The notes under the pieces are model-generated. The model saw nothing but the letters and a program-made list of their open reading frames with translations, ran no database searches and was not told the origin of the DNA. A program made the position numbers and the translations under genes. DNA of 64,000 nucleotides from NCBI RefSeq assembly GCF_018350175.1, contig NC_058374.1:141856001-141920000 (forward strand), given 5' to 3'. The number at the start of each line of letters is the position of its first letter. The stretch's first letter is position 1. This DNA is from Felis catus. Its lineage: Eukaryota. Below are positions 50,029-64,000 of this stretch, piece after piece.

Positions 50029-50733
50029 CCAGTCAAGCTGTACACCTAAATGCAGGGTTCAAAGGATGAAGATAAAGAGTTCCAAAATTCTGTTGTAGGA
50101 GAGGGGAGGACATCACTTAGGGATGTAGTAAGTGAATTTGCTTTGAGGGCCTAGAAGGTAGACAGGGAGTACAGGAATGATGACAAAGGGCAGGCTCAGC
50201 CATGTGATAAAGGGACAAAGATGGGCCTGGACTTTATAGCCACGGGCTAATTCCCACCTTTGGCAAAACAGACCAATCAACATTTTAAATGTAATTGGTG
50301 AAGTTATGTCTCCCAAATCTCAGGCCCCAGATGGTCTTACAGATGAATTCTACCAAAATTTGAAAGAACAGTTAATTCTTACATAATACGATTCCAGAAA
50401 TTAGAAAAAGAAGAGTGATAACCTCACTGTATGGATATAGGAGCATTCCATTTATGTTCTAGAAAATTTGAGTACAGAGATAAACAAAAATAAATACATA
50501 ATTTTCCCTTAGTTTGTTCCAAAATCAAAGATTATATGAAAAAATATAGTTCTATTTTATATCAATATAGATATAAAACTCTAAACATAACATGAACTAA
50601 CCAAACCTAACAATGTGTTAAAATAGCATGTTATGATGTAGAATTTGTAACAGAAATTCAGCCCTGGGGGCTGAGCGCGGGTGCCATCAGGATGCTGCGC
50701 ACAGGCTCTGCTCTGCTCTCTGTGCATAAATTC

Positions 50734-51027
50734 NNNNNNNNNNNNNNNNNNNNNNNNNNNNNNNNNNNNNNNNNNNNNNNNNNNNNNNNNNNNNNNNNNN
50801 NNNNNNNNNNNNNNNNNNNNNNNNNNNNNNNNNNNNNNNNNNNNNNNNNNNNNNNNNNNNNNNNNNNNNNNNNNNNNNNNNNNNNNNNNNNNNNNNNNNN
50901 NNNNNNNNNNNNNNNNNNNNNNNNNNNNNNNNNNNNNNNNNNNNNNNNNNNNNNNNNNNNNNNNNNNNNNNNNNNNNNNNNNNNNNNNNNNNNNNNNNNN
51001 NNNNNNNNNNNNNNNNNNNNNNNNNNN
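50734..51027. other. Assembly gap (N)
   Basis: Run of N. Confidence 0.99.
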
Positions 51028-52319
51028 CTTCAGAACTGGATGAATTAATGTGTGAAGAAGCATATGAGAAATACATAAAACCTATTGACAAGTGAAAATG
51101 GAACCCCTAAATAAACTAGTATGAAACAATTTAATGTAGCATAATTGTCTTAAATTAGTGGTGCATGGAGGATTTAAAATAGCAACTTTTGGGGCACCTG
51201 GGTGGCTCAGTCGTTGAGCCTGGGACTTTGGCTCAGGTCATGATCTCCGGTTTGTGGGTTGGAGCCCCCCATTGGGCTCTGTGCTGACAGTTCAGAGCCT
51301 GGAGCCTGTTTCGGATTCTATGTCCTCCTCTCTCTCTGCCCCTCCCCCTCTCATGCTCTCTCTTTCTCTCAAAAATAAATAAACATTAAAAAATTAAAAA
51401 TGAATAAATAAATAAAATAGCAACTTTTAGCAATACTAGTGCAAAAAGAAATCACTCGCAACAACATTAATGAAAGAAAACACCCCTTAACTTTCTAATG
51501 ATTGCAGATAAACATAGCATGTATCTTTTTTGCCATACCTTATGATTTTTAGGCTAGGCTCTAGTTATAATATTCAGAATCCTGTAATTATTTGTGGTTA
51601 AAAACTAGTTATAAAAATTATGTAATTCAAGGATAACGCTGTCATCTTAAGTCTTAGGGAATATCGTAACTTGTTTGCATCTCTCCCTGGATTGGAGTCA
51701 AAATACTTAAATGATCTATCCATTGGAAATAACTGGCCGTGGAGAAAGGTTTGTTAGTTCTGTAGTGTCAGATAAAGAATACTACCTTAATTTTGCAATA
51801 TACTGTGCTTCCAAAATAGCTGGTGCTATTTTTAATATGGTGAAGCAACAGCCTTGCAGGAAGATAAATAGTTTAATAATACATTCAACTTCGTTAAAAA
51901 AATAAAAATAAATAAAAAGGGGGAAATCATAGGAATAGCTCAATTAATGCCCAAAAAAAGGGCAGTTAACAAAATATAATACCTATTTGTGGTTTAAAAA
52001 AATCAACTCTAACAAATTAGAAATAATGGGAGACATCTTAAGCTTACTAAAAGTGATATACCAAAACTTACAACATATATACTTAATGGAGAAGCTATGT
52101 ATATATTCCCCTTTTATTTATTTATTTATTCATTTTTACTTAAAAAATTTTTTTTAACGTTTATTTATTTTTGAGACAGAGAGAGAGAGACAGCATGAAC
52201 AGGGGAGGGTCAGAGAAAGAGGGAGCCACAGAATCTGAAACAGGCTCCAGGCTCCGAGCTGTCAGCACAGAGCCCGATGCGGGGCTCAAACTCATAGACT
52301 GTGAGTACCAGTATACCCT

Positions 52320-53135
52320 GGTATACTGTTGGTAGGATTGTAAAATGGTGCATCATTGTGTAAAACAGTTTGGCCTTCTTCAGAAAGCTAGACATAAATT
52401 CCACTTCTAGGTAATTCTCCAAACAATTGAGAACAGGTACTCAAACACATACTTGCATATAGATGTTCACAACAGTGCTATTCACAATAGCTAAAAGGTG
52501 GACACAACCCAAATATCAATCAAAGGATGAATGAATAAAGAAAATGTGATATATCCATACAATGGGATAATTATTCAACCATAGAGAGGAATAAAGTACT
52601 AACATATTCTGTAATATTGATGAACCTTGAAAATATGCTAAGTAAAAGAATCCAGAAACAAATTGTATTCACATACCATATGATTCATTTATATGAAATA
52701 TCCAGAATGGGTAAATCCATAGAGACTGAAAACAGATTGGTGGTTGCCAAAGGCTGAGGATAGAGGCATATGGGGGTGACTGCTTAGGGGTACAAAGTGT
52801 CTTTTTTTAAAAAGTTTACTTGTTTACTTTGTGAGAGAGAGAGCATGAGCCCACAGGTGGGAGGGGCAGAGAAAGAGGGAAAGAGAGAATCCCAACCAGC
52901 CTCCATGCTGTCAGCGCAGAGCCCGATTCAGGGCTTGAACTCATGAAACCTGAGATCGTGACCTGAGCTGAAACCAAGAGTCAGAAACTTAACTGAGCCA
53001 CCCAGGTGCCCCCACATAGTGTCTTTTTTGAATGATGAAAACATTTTGAACTGGATAGACTTGGTGGCTGTATGACATTGTGAATGCATTAAATGCTACT
53101 GAATGTATACTTTAAAATGGTTAATTATATGGTAT
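52320..53135 (+). mobile_element. Old LINE-1 3' end
   Basis: tgttggtaggattgtaaaatggtgca...ttcacaatagctaaaaggtgg...atgaaccttgaaaatatgctaagt...tatactttaaaatggttaat. Confidence 0.8.
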
Positions 53136-53209
53136 GTGGATTTCACCTAAGTTGTTTTTTTTAAGCTTATTTATTTTTGAGAGACACAGAGACAGCGTGA
53201 GTTGGGGAG

Positions 53210-53258
<49 letters not shown>

Positions 53259-56200
53259 CCCAAGCAGGCTCTGCACTGTCAGAATAGAGCCCCATGCGGG
53301 GCTCAAACTCACAAAACTGTGAGATCATGACTTGAGCCTAAACCAAGAGTTGGATGCTTAACCAACAGACCTACCTAGGAACCCCTCACCTAAACTTTTC
53401 TGTTTAAATTTAAGATGTTTCTATCTTTTATATTTAAATTTAAACTTTTCTCTAAAAGAGAGAGAATGAGTCCGGGAGAGGGGCAAAGGGAGACAGAGAG
53501 GAGAATCTTAAGCAGGCTCCACACTCAGCGTGGAGCCTGACATGGGGCTCGATCCCACAACCCTGGGATCATGAGCTGAGTTGAAATCAAGAGCTGGTCA
53601 GTCAACTGATTGAGCCACCCAGGTGCCCCTCACCTAAAATTTTTCAATTTAAGATGTAGGGGGACACCTGGGTGGCTCAGTTGGTTAAGCATCTGACTCT
53701 TGGTTTCAGCTCAGGTCATAATCTCATGGTTCTTGAGTTCAAGCCCTGCTGACACTCACAGCCTGGTTGAGAATTTCTCCCTCTCTCTCTGCCCCTCCCC
53801 CACTCCCTCTTCTCTCTTTCTCTCAAAATAAATAAACTTAAAAAAATAAAAGCAGAAACTTTATACATAATATAAAAAAAAGTGACATACAAAAAAAAGA
53901 AATGGAAATAAAAGAATGTAAACAAAAAAGGGAAGATTCTTATATGGATTAATGATGATAACAAGCTGTGAGCTGAAAAGTATGCCAACTCTCTGCCAGA
54001 GAACTCTAAAGAAAAACAAACCAACAAAACCAAAATAATTAGAAAACAACAAACGAGGGACCCACGATGGTAGAAAGGGTATTATCTATTATCAATTACA
54101 AATTAAAAACATACCACACTGTCCTCATTTTGCCACGCAAGTAGGTACCATGGAAATTATCATATTACAATATCTATTTCACTGTTAGTACTAGGAAAGG
54201 ATGATGTCAGGAAGCTTAAGATACAGCTTTATTAAAATGCATAAAAAATCAGGGAGCTAAGACACATTCATTCACTTAAAAAATATCTATTAGGGGCGCC
54301 TGGGTGGCTCAGTTGGTTAGGCGATCGACTTCGGCTCAGGTCAAGATCTCAGAGTTCGTGAATTCGAGCCCTGCGTTGGGCTCTGTGCTGACAGCTCAGA
54401 GCCTGGAGCCTACTTCGGATTCTGTGTCTCCCCCTGTCTCTCCCCCTCCTCTGCTCACACTCTGTATCTCTCTATCAATAACAAATAAACGTTAAAAAAA
54501 TTAAAAAAATATATCTATTAAACATCTATTATGGGTCAGCATCTATTCTGGGGACAGAGCAGTGAGAAAGAATGTCAAAAAGTCTTGGCCTCATGACCAT
54601 TATATAATAAATAACAGTAAGTAGGGGCGCCTGGGTGACTCAGTTGGTTAAGCTTCCAACTCTTGATCAGCTCAGATCATGATCTCCCGGGTCGTAAGAT
54701 CTCCCAGTTCGTGAGATAGAGCCCCCAGTCGGGCTCTGCACTGACAACATGGAGCTGGGATTCCCTCTCTCCCTCTCTCTCTGCCCCTCCTCTATTTGCA
54801 TGCTTGTGCACATGTGCACTCTCTCTCTCAAAATAAATAAACATTAAAAAAATAACAATAAGTAAACTTATATAGTATGTTAGAAAGTAATAAGTGCTGG
54901 GGCGCCTGGGTGGCTCAGTAGGTTAAACAGCTGATTTTGGCCCAGGTCATGATCTTGAGGTTTGTGGGTTCGAGCCTTGCACTGGGCTCTGTGCTGAAAG
55001 CTCAGAGCTTGGAGCCTGCTTCAGCCCTCTCTCTCTGCTCCTCCCCTGCTTGTTCTCTCTCTTTGTCTCTCAAAAGATGAATAAAAACGTTAAAAAAAAA
55101 AAAAAAAGAAAGTAATAAGTGCTGAGGAGAAAAATAAATCCATGAAGGAGGGTTGAGAGTGCCAGGGAAAAAGGATTTGCAATTTCAAGAAGAGCACTTG
55201 GGGGGCGCCTGGGTGGCTCAGTTGGTTGGGCGGCCGACCTCGGCTCAGGTCATGATCTGGCGGTCCGTGAGTTCGAGCCCCGCGTCGGGCTCTGTGCTGA
55301 CGGCTCAGAGCCTGGGGCCTGTTTCGGATTCTGTGTCTCCCTCTCTCTGCCCCTCCCCCGTTCATGCTCTGTCTCTCTCTGTCTCAAAAATAAATAAACG
55401 TTAAAAAAAAAATTAAAAAAAAAAAGAAGAGCACTTGGGAAACACTTCACGGAGAAGGTGACATTTTTATTTATTTATTAAATTTTTAATGTTTATTTAT
55501 TTTTGAGAGACAGTGAGTGGGGCAGGGGTAAAGAGAGAAGGAGACAGAGAATCCGAAGCAGGCGCTGGGCTGTCAGCAGAAAGTCCAATGTGGGACAAGA
55601 ACCCACGAACCTCAAGATCACGATCTGAGCTAAAGTTGGATGCTCAACTGACTGAGCCACCCAGGTGCCCCAAGAAGGTGACATTTAAATTACCTTTTTT
55701 TTTTTTTAATTTTTTTTTTCAACGTTTATTTATTTTTGGGACAGAGAGAGACAGAACATGAATGGGGGAGGGGGCAGAGAGAGAGGGAGACACAGAATCG
55801 GAAACAGGCTCCAGGCTCTGAGCCATCAGCCCAGAGCCTGACGCGGGGCTCGAACTCACGGACCGCGAGATCGTGACCTGGCTGAAGTCGGACGCTTAAC
55901 CGACTGCGCCACCCAGGCGCCCCTTAAATTACCTTTTGATGAATAGAAGTTCTTCATGTTAATGTAGTTCAACGTATCAATCTTTTATTCTGTGTTTAGC
56001 ATTTTTGCCTCTTGTTTAGGAAATTCTACTCCACCCCCAAAGTCACAAGATATTCTCCCCTATTTTCTTTCCAAGTTTTAAACATTTTTGATACCTAAGC
56101 CCTTATTGTTCTGAAGCTATTGTGTGTATGTGTGGGTAGGGATGCATTTGTAATTTTTATTCTTATGGATAACCAATTTCTCCAGCTTACTTATTAAATA

Positions 56201-56274
56201 GTTCCTTCTTTAAAAATAAATGGTTTATTCTTTCCTTCACTGATCTGTCATTTCACCTATTATATATAAAAATT

Positions 56275-56482
56275 CCTGTGAGTGTGTATGTATGTACACA
56301 TGTGCATGTTTGTGTATATGAGCATGTTATGTGTGTACATGTGTGTGAGAGTGTGTGTGTTCACGTGTGTATGTGTGTGTATGAGAGTGTGTTATGTGTG
56401 CACATATCCATGTGTGTGTGTTTATGTGTGAGTGTGTGAGCGTGTGTGTGTGATGTGTGTGTGTGTGAGCGTGTGTGTGTGT
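56275..56482. repeat. Imperfect (TG)n microsatellite
   Basis: About 200 bp of alternating TG/TA. Confidence 0.9.
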
Positions 56483-57071
56483 CTGTTTCTGGGCTCTCTG
56501 TTGCATTCTGTTGCTCAATTTGTCTATTTCTAAGTCAATATGACACTATATTAACTATATAGTTTTATAATAAGTCCTGGTAATGGTAGGGTGAATCCTC
56601 TGTCCTTGTCTTTCTCAGAAATATCTTAGCTATTTTTGGGTTGTAAGTCTCTCATAAATGTTTTAGAATAAACTTGTCAAGTTCCATGATAAACCCTATT
56701 AGGATTTTCACTAAAACTACTTTAAAGCAAATGATGAACTCTGGGGAGAACAGACATATTACTTTAAGTCTTTCTATTCATAAATGTAGCTACAGCTCCA
56801 TTTATTTTGATCTTTAGTATCTGTTAGTCAAGTTTTATAATTTTCTGCATATAAGCCTTGCACATTTCTTGTTACATTTCTTCCAGGGGAATTAATAGAT
56901 GTGTCTATGCACGTGCATGTGTATGTTTGTGTGTTACTGTTGTAAATGCCTTTAAAAAATGTGTTCTAATTCCTTGTTGCTGGCATATATAAATGCAATT
57001 AACTTTTGTACACTTATCTTTCATGTATCATATTATCTCCAATTACATGTGTTTTAGATGTTCTGCATAAG

Positions 57072-57900
57072 TGTGGTAGCCAGCTTCCAAGTTGAGCCCT
57101 GTAGTAGTCCCGGCCTTCTGCTAATCACACCCTTATGTAGTTCTCTCTCACGCTGTACTAGAGTAGATCCATGTGACAAGTAAAATATGACAGAAGTGAT
57201 GGTATGTCACTTCTAAGCTGAGCTTATAAAAGATCGTACCTTCTGTCTCTGGTTCTTTCATGTGTGTATGTAGTATTATACTATATTATATATTACATGT
57301 AATTGCTCTGGGGTAAGTTACGTCATGAACAGCCTTCTGGTGAGGCCACATAGAAAGTGGCCTGCCAACAGCTATGTGAGCTCAGAAGGAGATTCTCCAG
57401 CCTCTGGTCAAACATCTGGAGATTGAAACCACAGCCAACAGTTTGACTGCAAACTCATAAAATACATATCCAGAGCCCAGCTTAGCTACTCCTAGATTCC
57501 TGATCTTCAGAAACTGTGTGATAATAGATATTTTTTGTTTTCAGTTGCTAAATTTGGGTTAACTTGTTATGAAGCAATAGATAACTAACACAGATTTTGG
57601 TACTTGAGTAAGTGCTCCTGTAACAAAACTGTGAAATGTGGGAGTGGCTTTGGAGTGTTTCAGGGGATGGGAGCTGGAAAAGCTGTAAGGATTTTGAGGA
57701 AAGCATTAGTGAAAGATTAAAGTACCTTGAGCACACTGTTCATAGGATTTGGAGTTTGAGGAGGCTGCCAATGAGGATTTACAGAAAAGGGAGGAAACTC
57801 TTATTGGAAACTAGGGGAGAGGAGATACTTGCTATGTGGTGGCAGACGATTTAGCAACACTGTCACAGGAAGTAATGTGGAAGGGAGAAAATGTACTTAA
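57072..57900 (+). mobile_element. MaLR (MLT1-like) LTR followed by internal sequence
   Basis: LTR ends ttgttatgaagcaatagataactaacaca, then gattttggtact...aaatgtgggagtggctttgga, typical of MaLR-int. Confidence 0.7.
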
Positions 57901-60261
57901 TGAACTATTCATAGGATTTACCTTCATGTTTAATATTTTATTTGTTTTCCATTGCCCTGTGCATTTCAGACCTTCCTTCTGAGATCATATTCCCTTTACT
58001 TAAGTAAAACTTTTAGTAGTTCCTTTAAAGCAGGTCTCTTTGTGACAAATATTGTAAGTTTTTATTCATTTGCAAATGTCTTTATTTTTTCCTCATTACT
58101 GAAAGATAATTTTGTTGGATGCATAATTCTGCATCAATAGTGTTTTTATGACATTTAGATATTATTCCACTAAGTTCTGGTTCTCACAATTATTGTTCAA
58201 AGTTCACTCCGTTCTGATACCCTATGTCTTTTGGTTGGCACATTTAGTCCATTTATCAAAGTTCACTCCAATTGTTACTCCTTTGATCTCTCTCTCTGGT
58301 TTCCTGTAGTTTTTCTCTTTGTCTTTGGTGTTCTGAAGTTTCACTTTTATGTGTCTAGGTATGGATATAATTTTATTTTACTTAATGTATTTTGTTTCTT
58401 GGATCTATGATTCAATTTTTCATTAGTTCTGGAAAATTCACAGACATTATATTATTAGGTATTGCCATTATTCCATTGTCTCTAATGTCTTTTTTCCTGA
58501 GATGCTAATGAGGTATATATTAGAACTTCTTGGTCTATATCACAAGTCTCTTAATCTCTTCATACTTTTACTTTCTTTATCTCTTTTTGATGCATTATCC
58601 TGCAATTAATCATCTCTTCAACTATTGTTGATTTCGTTTTTATCTCACAATTATATTTTTCTTTTTAAGAGACTCCATTTGTTCTTTTCAAAAATGTCTA
58701 TCCTTGAGTTTCTTTTATTTAAAAAAATTTTTTTTTAACGTTTATTTATTTTTGAGACAGAGAGAGACAGAGCATGAACAGGGGAGGGGCAGAGAGAGAG
58801 GGAGACACAGAATCTGAAACAGGCTCCAGGCTCTGAGCTGTCAGCACAGAGTCCGACGTGGGGCTCGAACTCCCGGACCGTGAGATCATGACCTGAGCCA
58901 AAGTCGGACACTTAACCGAGTGAGCCACCCAGGCGCCCCCCTTGAGTTTCTTTTATACTCATCTTTGTAACTGCATCCATTACTTCTGTAGCCACTTTAT
59001 ACACAGCTATTTGCATTCTGCATCTGACATCACCTATAGTCCTTGGAGATCTAAATATGTTGGCTCTTGCTTCTGTGGACTTTCACTCACAGTGGCTTAT
59101 CATTTCATGTATTTGGAAGGCAGCTTTGCTCGCCACTATACCACCAATGCTGTATCTGGTAATATTTATCTGTGAGGTCATTGCTGAGGTAGCTTCCAAT
59201 TTCTTCCACACCGCTATATAATCTTTCTAAAACCTTTCTGTAAATCTTTATGTTTTTCCTCTGCTTAGCTTTCTTCAATTATTCCCCTGTTGACTACAGA
59301 ATGACTCCTTAGTGTGGTACACAAAGTCGTTCATGATTTGACCCCAAATGATTCATTTAGATTTATTCTCTACCACTTCCACTTTTAGTTTATTCTATAG
59401 AAGTTTAACATTAAATCCAACCAACTTTCTTATACTTTTGTTCCTTGGCACAAATTGTTCTTTCTATTTGAAAGCCTTGCCCATCACTTGTCTATTTGAG
59501 AAACTCCTAACAACTCCTACTTCAGAGAAATGCTTCATGCCTCCTCTTAAAAATTTCCATAATTTAGGGGCACCTGAGTGGCTCAGTCGGTAAGCGTCCG
59601 ACTTCAGCTCGGGTCATGATCTTGTGGTTTGTGAGTTCGAGCCCTGCATCGGGCTCTGTGCTCACAGCTCAGAGCCTGGAGCCCGCTTTGGATTCTGTGT
59701 CTCCTTCTCTCTCTGCTCCTCCCCCACTCACACTCTGTCTCTCTCTCAAAAAAAATTTCCATAATTTACCAGACAGATTTCAGCCATCGATTCCAAATCT
59801 CACTGGAACTTTACTATCCTTTTATTATACCAATTAACATAGTATACTGCATTTCTTAATCGTTTATTTATTTATTAAATGTTTATTTTATTTTGAGAGA
59901 GAGAGAGGGTGGTGGGGAGGGACAGAGAGAGAAGGAGAGAGAGAGAGAATCCCAAGCAGGCTCCATGCTCAGCACAGATCCCGACACAGGGCTCATCATG
60001 ACTATGAGATCATGACCTGACCGGAAATCAAGAATCAGATGCTTAGTTGACTGAGCCATCCAGGCACCCCTGTATACTGCATTTATATGTCTATACATTT
60101 ATTTCCCCCATTAGATTATAAGCAATTAAAGTGCAGGGCTTGGCATGTGTTCATTCAGGAAGTACTTGTTGAGTGAATGAATGAATGAATGAATGGTGCT
60201 TTAACCCTGCCCCCAAGTCATGATATTTCTTTGGCTCTGAGATTATATTTTTCCAGCTTTT

Positions 60262-60397
60262 NNNNNNNNNNNNNNNNNNNNNNNNNNNNNNNNNNNNNNN
60301 NNNNNNNNNNNNNNNNNNNNNNNNNNNNNNNNNNNNNNNNNNNNNNNNNNNNNNNNNNNNNNNNNNNNNNNNNNNNNNNNNNNNNNNNNNNNNNNNN
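60262..60397. other. Assembly gap (N)
   Basis: Run of N. Confidence 0.99.
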
Positions 60398-61622
60398 TGT
60401 GTGGTAAGAACACTCAAGATCTATATACTAAGTACATTTATTTTTTTCGGAGAGAGGGGGAGAGCATGCATGCAAGCAGGGAAGGGGCAGAAAGAGGGAG
60501 AGAGAGAATCCCAAGCAGGCTCCACTCTGTCAGCACAGAGCCTGACACGGGGCTTGAACCCACAAATTGTAAGATCATGACCTGAGCTGAAATTAAGTTG
60601 GACACTTAACCAACTGAGCCATTCAGGCGCCTCAAGAAATTTCTACAAAGACTTATATTACCCCCAAATCAGACTACTGTGCAGAACATTTATATAAAAA
60701 TAGAATTATAAAAAAGAGGAAAATATGTGAAATTAAAACTAAGGAAAGAATCAGCTAAAGAACAAATAATGGACCTTATATCAATTCAAGGGGTGTGATG
60801 TGGAAAAAGCACCAAGCGGAGAGGGTGTGGAATTGCGCATGATAAAAGCCTCATTTATGCCAAGTGTACATAGGCTAAACCTTTTTCATTCCTGTGAGAA
60901 AAGAATTGCACAAGCCTTTCAAGAAGTGTAGCTGCTTAAATATAATAGTTGCAAGTATCAGACAACTTTAATTTTACTCACATTTAAAAAATTGTCAAAG
61001 CTGAGTGTTTTATGTGACTTCTTTCAATATAAATACCTGTCAACCTTATCTTGAAAGGAGAGAGTATTTTTTTTTAAATTTTTTTTTCAACGTTTATTTA
61101 TTTTTGGGACAGAGAGAGACAGAGCATGAACGGGGGAGGGGCAGAGAGAGAGGGAGACACAGAATCAGAAACAGGCTCCAGGCTCTGAGCCATCGGCCCA
61201 GAGCCTCACACGGGGCTCGAACTCACGGACCGCAAGATCGTGACCTGGCTGAAGTCGGACGCTTAACCGACTGCGCCACCCAGGCGCCCCTAGAGAGAGT
61301 ATTTTTAATAACACTATTACTTTAGCAACATTAACTGACTTAACTATTGTTACTTAATAACTTACTTAGCTACTACCTTAATTATTATTGGAATATTTGC
61401 TGAAAAAAGAGTCGCTAGCAGATCTAAATAAAAATGCAATATGCTGTTTGGTTCCTCTGGCACACCAGGTGGTTTGGAAGTAAATGTTAAAAAGGAACAC
61501 AAAGACGGGTGCCTGGGTAGCTCAGTCGGTCCAATTCTTGGTTTCGGCTCAGGTCATGATCTCACGGTTTGTGGGTTCGAGCCCTGCACTGGGCTCTGTG
61601 CTGGCAGTGTAGAGCCTGCTTG

Positions 61623-61663
<41 letters not shown>

Positions 61664-64000
61664 CTCGCTCTCGCTCTCGCTCTCTCTCGCTCTTTGCCTC
61701 TCCCCCACTCACACTGTCTCTGTCTCTCTCAAAATAATAAATAAAAATTTTAAAAATTTTAAAAAGAGGAACACAAAGTAAAGTAGGAGAAAATATAAGT
61801 AAATATTTCACTAATCTCAGATTAGGGAAAGATTTTCTTTTTTTTTAAATCCTTTTTTTAAAGTTTTTTTTAAAGTTTATTTATTTTGAGAGACTGAGCA
61901 AGCATCTGAAAGCAGGGGAGGGGCAGAGAGAGAGGGGAGCAGAGGATTCAAAAGTGGGCTCCACGCTGACAGCAGTAGGCCAACTTGGGACTTGAACTCA
62001 CAAACCTGAGAGATCATGACCTGAGCCGAAGTCAGAGGCTCAACCAACTGAGACACCCAGGTGCCCCAGACTTTATAGTCTTAATACATAAAGACCTCTT
62101 ACAAATCAAGAGATTCTATCACAGAAGTCTGCTATTTCTGTCTTGTTCTCAGTGCCAAGCCAGAGTTAAGGCTAGTTCCTTTTTAGCTTTTAGTTTTGCA
62201 AAGCTTCATAATTGATCCTTCCACTAGTCATCCCTCTCCAAACCATCCCTCCTTGGTTACCAGAGGTATCTTTCTAAAACACAAGTGTCTTCCTTGAAAT
62301 CCCAGTGGCTATCTATTACCTAAATAAGAAAAGAAACAAAAGAAAAGAAAAGAAAAGTCAAATTCCTTAGGCTGATGTTGAAGACCCTTCTTCTCACCTT
62401 TTCAGCCTCTTCTTTGGCCTGCCCTCTTGTGGTTCTCATGCGCTAATCTTGCTCCCTATGCCCAGCTTTCCCTCACTGGCACACACACATTTGGCTATTT
62501 CTTCTACAGGACTGCCCCTCCTCTCTACCTCCAGCATCCCTACCTCATCTGTCCAATCTGAATTCCTTCCCTAATGCGCTGTTCAGAGCCTCACTTGCCT
62601 CCCCAAGCAGTCAGCCTCTCTTTCTTCTCTGCTCCCTCCCCAGTAGTTGGTATACACCATTATCAGCATTTACTAGATTACAGTTTTAATAGAAAATTAA
62701 AATGTTTTAATTTATATATTTAAATTATAATTAGTCATCTTGATGTCTGTTTCTGGCCCCCTACCTACTTCTTTTAATGAAGGAGCATCTCTATTTGATA
62801 TCTCTATTCCATCCTAATCCTACAATAGCATATAGTAAGTACTAAGTGAATACTGTTAGATAGGAGAATATTTTATTAGATTGAAGGAATTATATAACTT
62901 TTGGTAGAAAACAAATTATAGGACTTTTTAATTAATTAATTATTCATTGGTTTATTTATTTATTTTTAAAGTTTATTTATTTTGAGAGAGATAGAGAAAG
63001 TGAGAGACTGCATAAGCAGGGGAAGGGCAGAGAGAGAGAGAGACAGAACCCCAAGCGGGGCTTGAACCCATGGACCATGAGATTATGACCTGGGCTGAAA
63101 TCAGGAGTTGGACGCTGAACTGACTGAGTCATCCAGGTGCCCCCTAGAACATTTTAAAAAGACAGTTTACAAAATATAAAAAACTTTCAAGTACATAGGC
63201 AAAAAAATTGCCAACATTTCAAGTAGAAATTTTCTAATTTTTTTTTAAAGTTTATTCATTATTGAGAGATAGAGCGAGACAGAGCATGAGCAGGGGAGGG
63301 GCAGAGAGAGGGGGAGACACAGAATCCGAAGTAGGCTCCAGGCTCCAAGCTGTCAGCACAGAGCCTGACGCGGGGCTTGAACTCACAAACTGTGAGATCA
63401 TGACCTAAGCTGAAGTTGGACGCTTACCAACTGAGCCACCCAGGCACCACTCAAGTAGAAATTTTCTAAAGCCTGTTGTAATAAATGGAGATTGTTTGCA
63501 AACTAAAAATGTCCTTAAAAAAAGGTTGTTTCTCATTTTGAGTATGCACACTTTCTAAAATTTGTTTTACATTATTATTTTCTCTAATAAAACTTAGGCT
63601 TATAAATTAAAGAATTATACATATTCTGAATTAGTAAAGAACAAATTAAAGAAATTATAATGGTGGGGGGATGCCTGGCTGACTCAGTCAGTAGGCCACG
63701 TGACTCTTGATCTCAGGGCTGTGAGTTCAAACCCCACACTGGGTGTAGAGATCACTTAAAAATAAAGCCTTTTTTGTTTAGGTTTATTTATTTATTTAGA
63801 CAGAGAGAGAGAGAAAGAGCACATGGGAGGGGCAGAGAGAGGTAAGAGAGAGAATCTGAAGTAGGTTCCACACTGTCATCACAGAGCCTGACTGGGGGCT
63901 TGATCTAACGAACTGTGAGATCATGTTCTGAGCCAAACCCAAGAGTTGGATGCTTAACTGACTGAGCCACCCAGGTGTCCCCAAAATAAAGTCTTAAAAA

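Larger units (their letters stand above)
48578..63982. mobile_element. Dense field of more than 25 Can-SINEs with L1, L2 and MIR fragments (SYCE3 intron / upstream region)
   Basis: Examples with TSDs: 54899-55106 (AGAAAGTAATAAGTGCTG), 55201-55424 (AAGAAGAGCACTTGG), about 55697-55923 (TTAAATTACCTTTT), about 61068-61290 (AGAGAGTATTTT). Confidence 0.88.

Noticed and set aside
48578-63982. tRNA genes or a CRISPR-like repeat array
   Set aside because: The recurring units are tRNA-derived Can-SINEs with (CT)n, poly-A tails and TSDs in a mammalian genome

Overview
Mammalian genomic DNA, almost certainly from a felid (young SINEC_Fc-type Can-SINEs; four N gaps). It is syntenic with human 22q13.33. 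Gene order: LMF2 (-, 14 exons, 706 aa), NCAPH2 (+, 20 exons, 606 aa, head-to-head with LMF2), SCO2 (-, 266 aa), a decayed TYMP locus (-), ODF3B/CIMAP1B (-), about 15 kb of repeat-rich intergenic DNA, KLHDC7B (+, intronless long ORF), the last coding exon of SYCE3 (-), then about 17 kb of SINE/LINE/LTR-dense DNA. The main result, which the ORF track does not show, is that thymidine phosphorylase (TYMP) survives at its orthologous position only as a unitary pseudogene. Remnants of exons 2-6 and 8-10 carry stops, frameshifts, destroyed splice sites and deletions, and a solo LTR sits in intron 5, yet the CpG-island promoter looks preserved. Other observations: a non-canonical last splice donor in ODF3B, GC-AG introns in LMF2 and NCAPH2, a 14-bp GC-box minisatellite and a uORF in the LMF2/NCAPH2 bidirectional promoter, and an unlocated SYCE3 first coding exon. 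Human reference sequences and exon lengths were recalled from memory; no database was searched.
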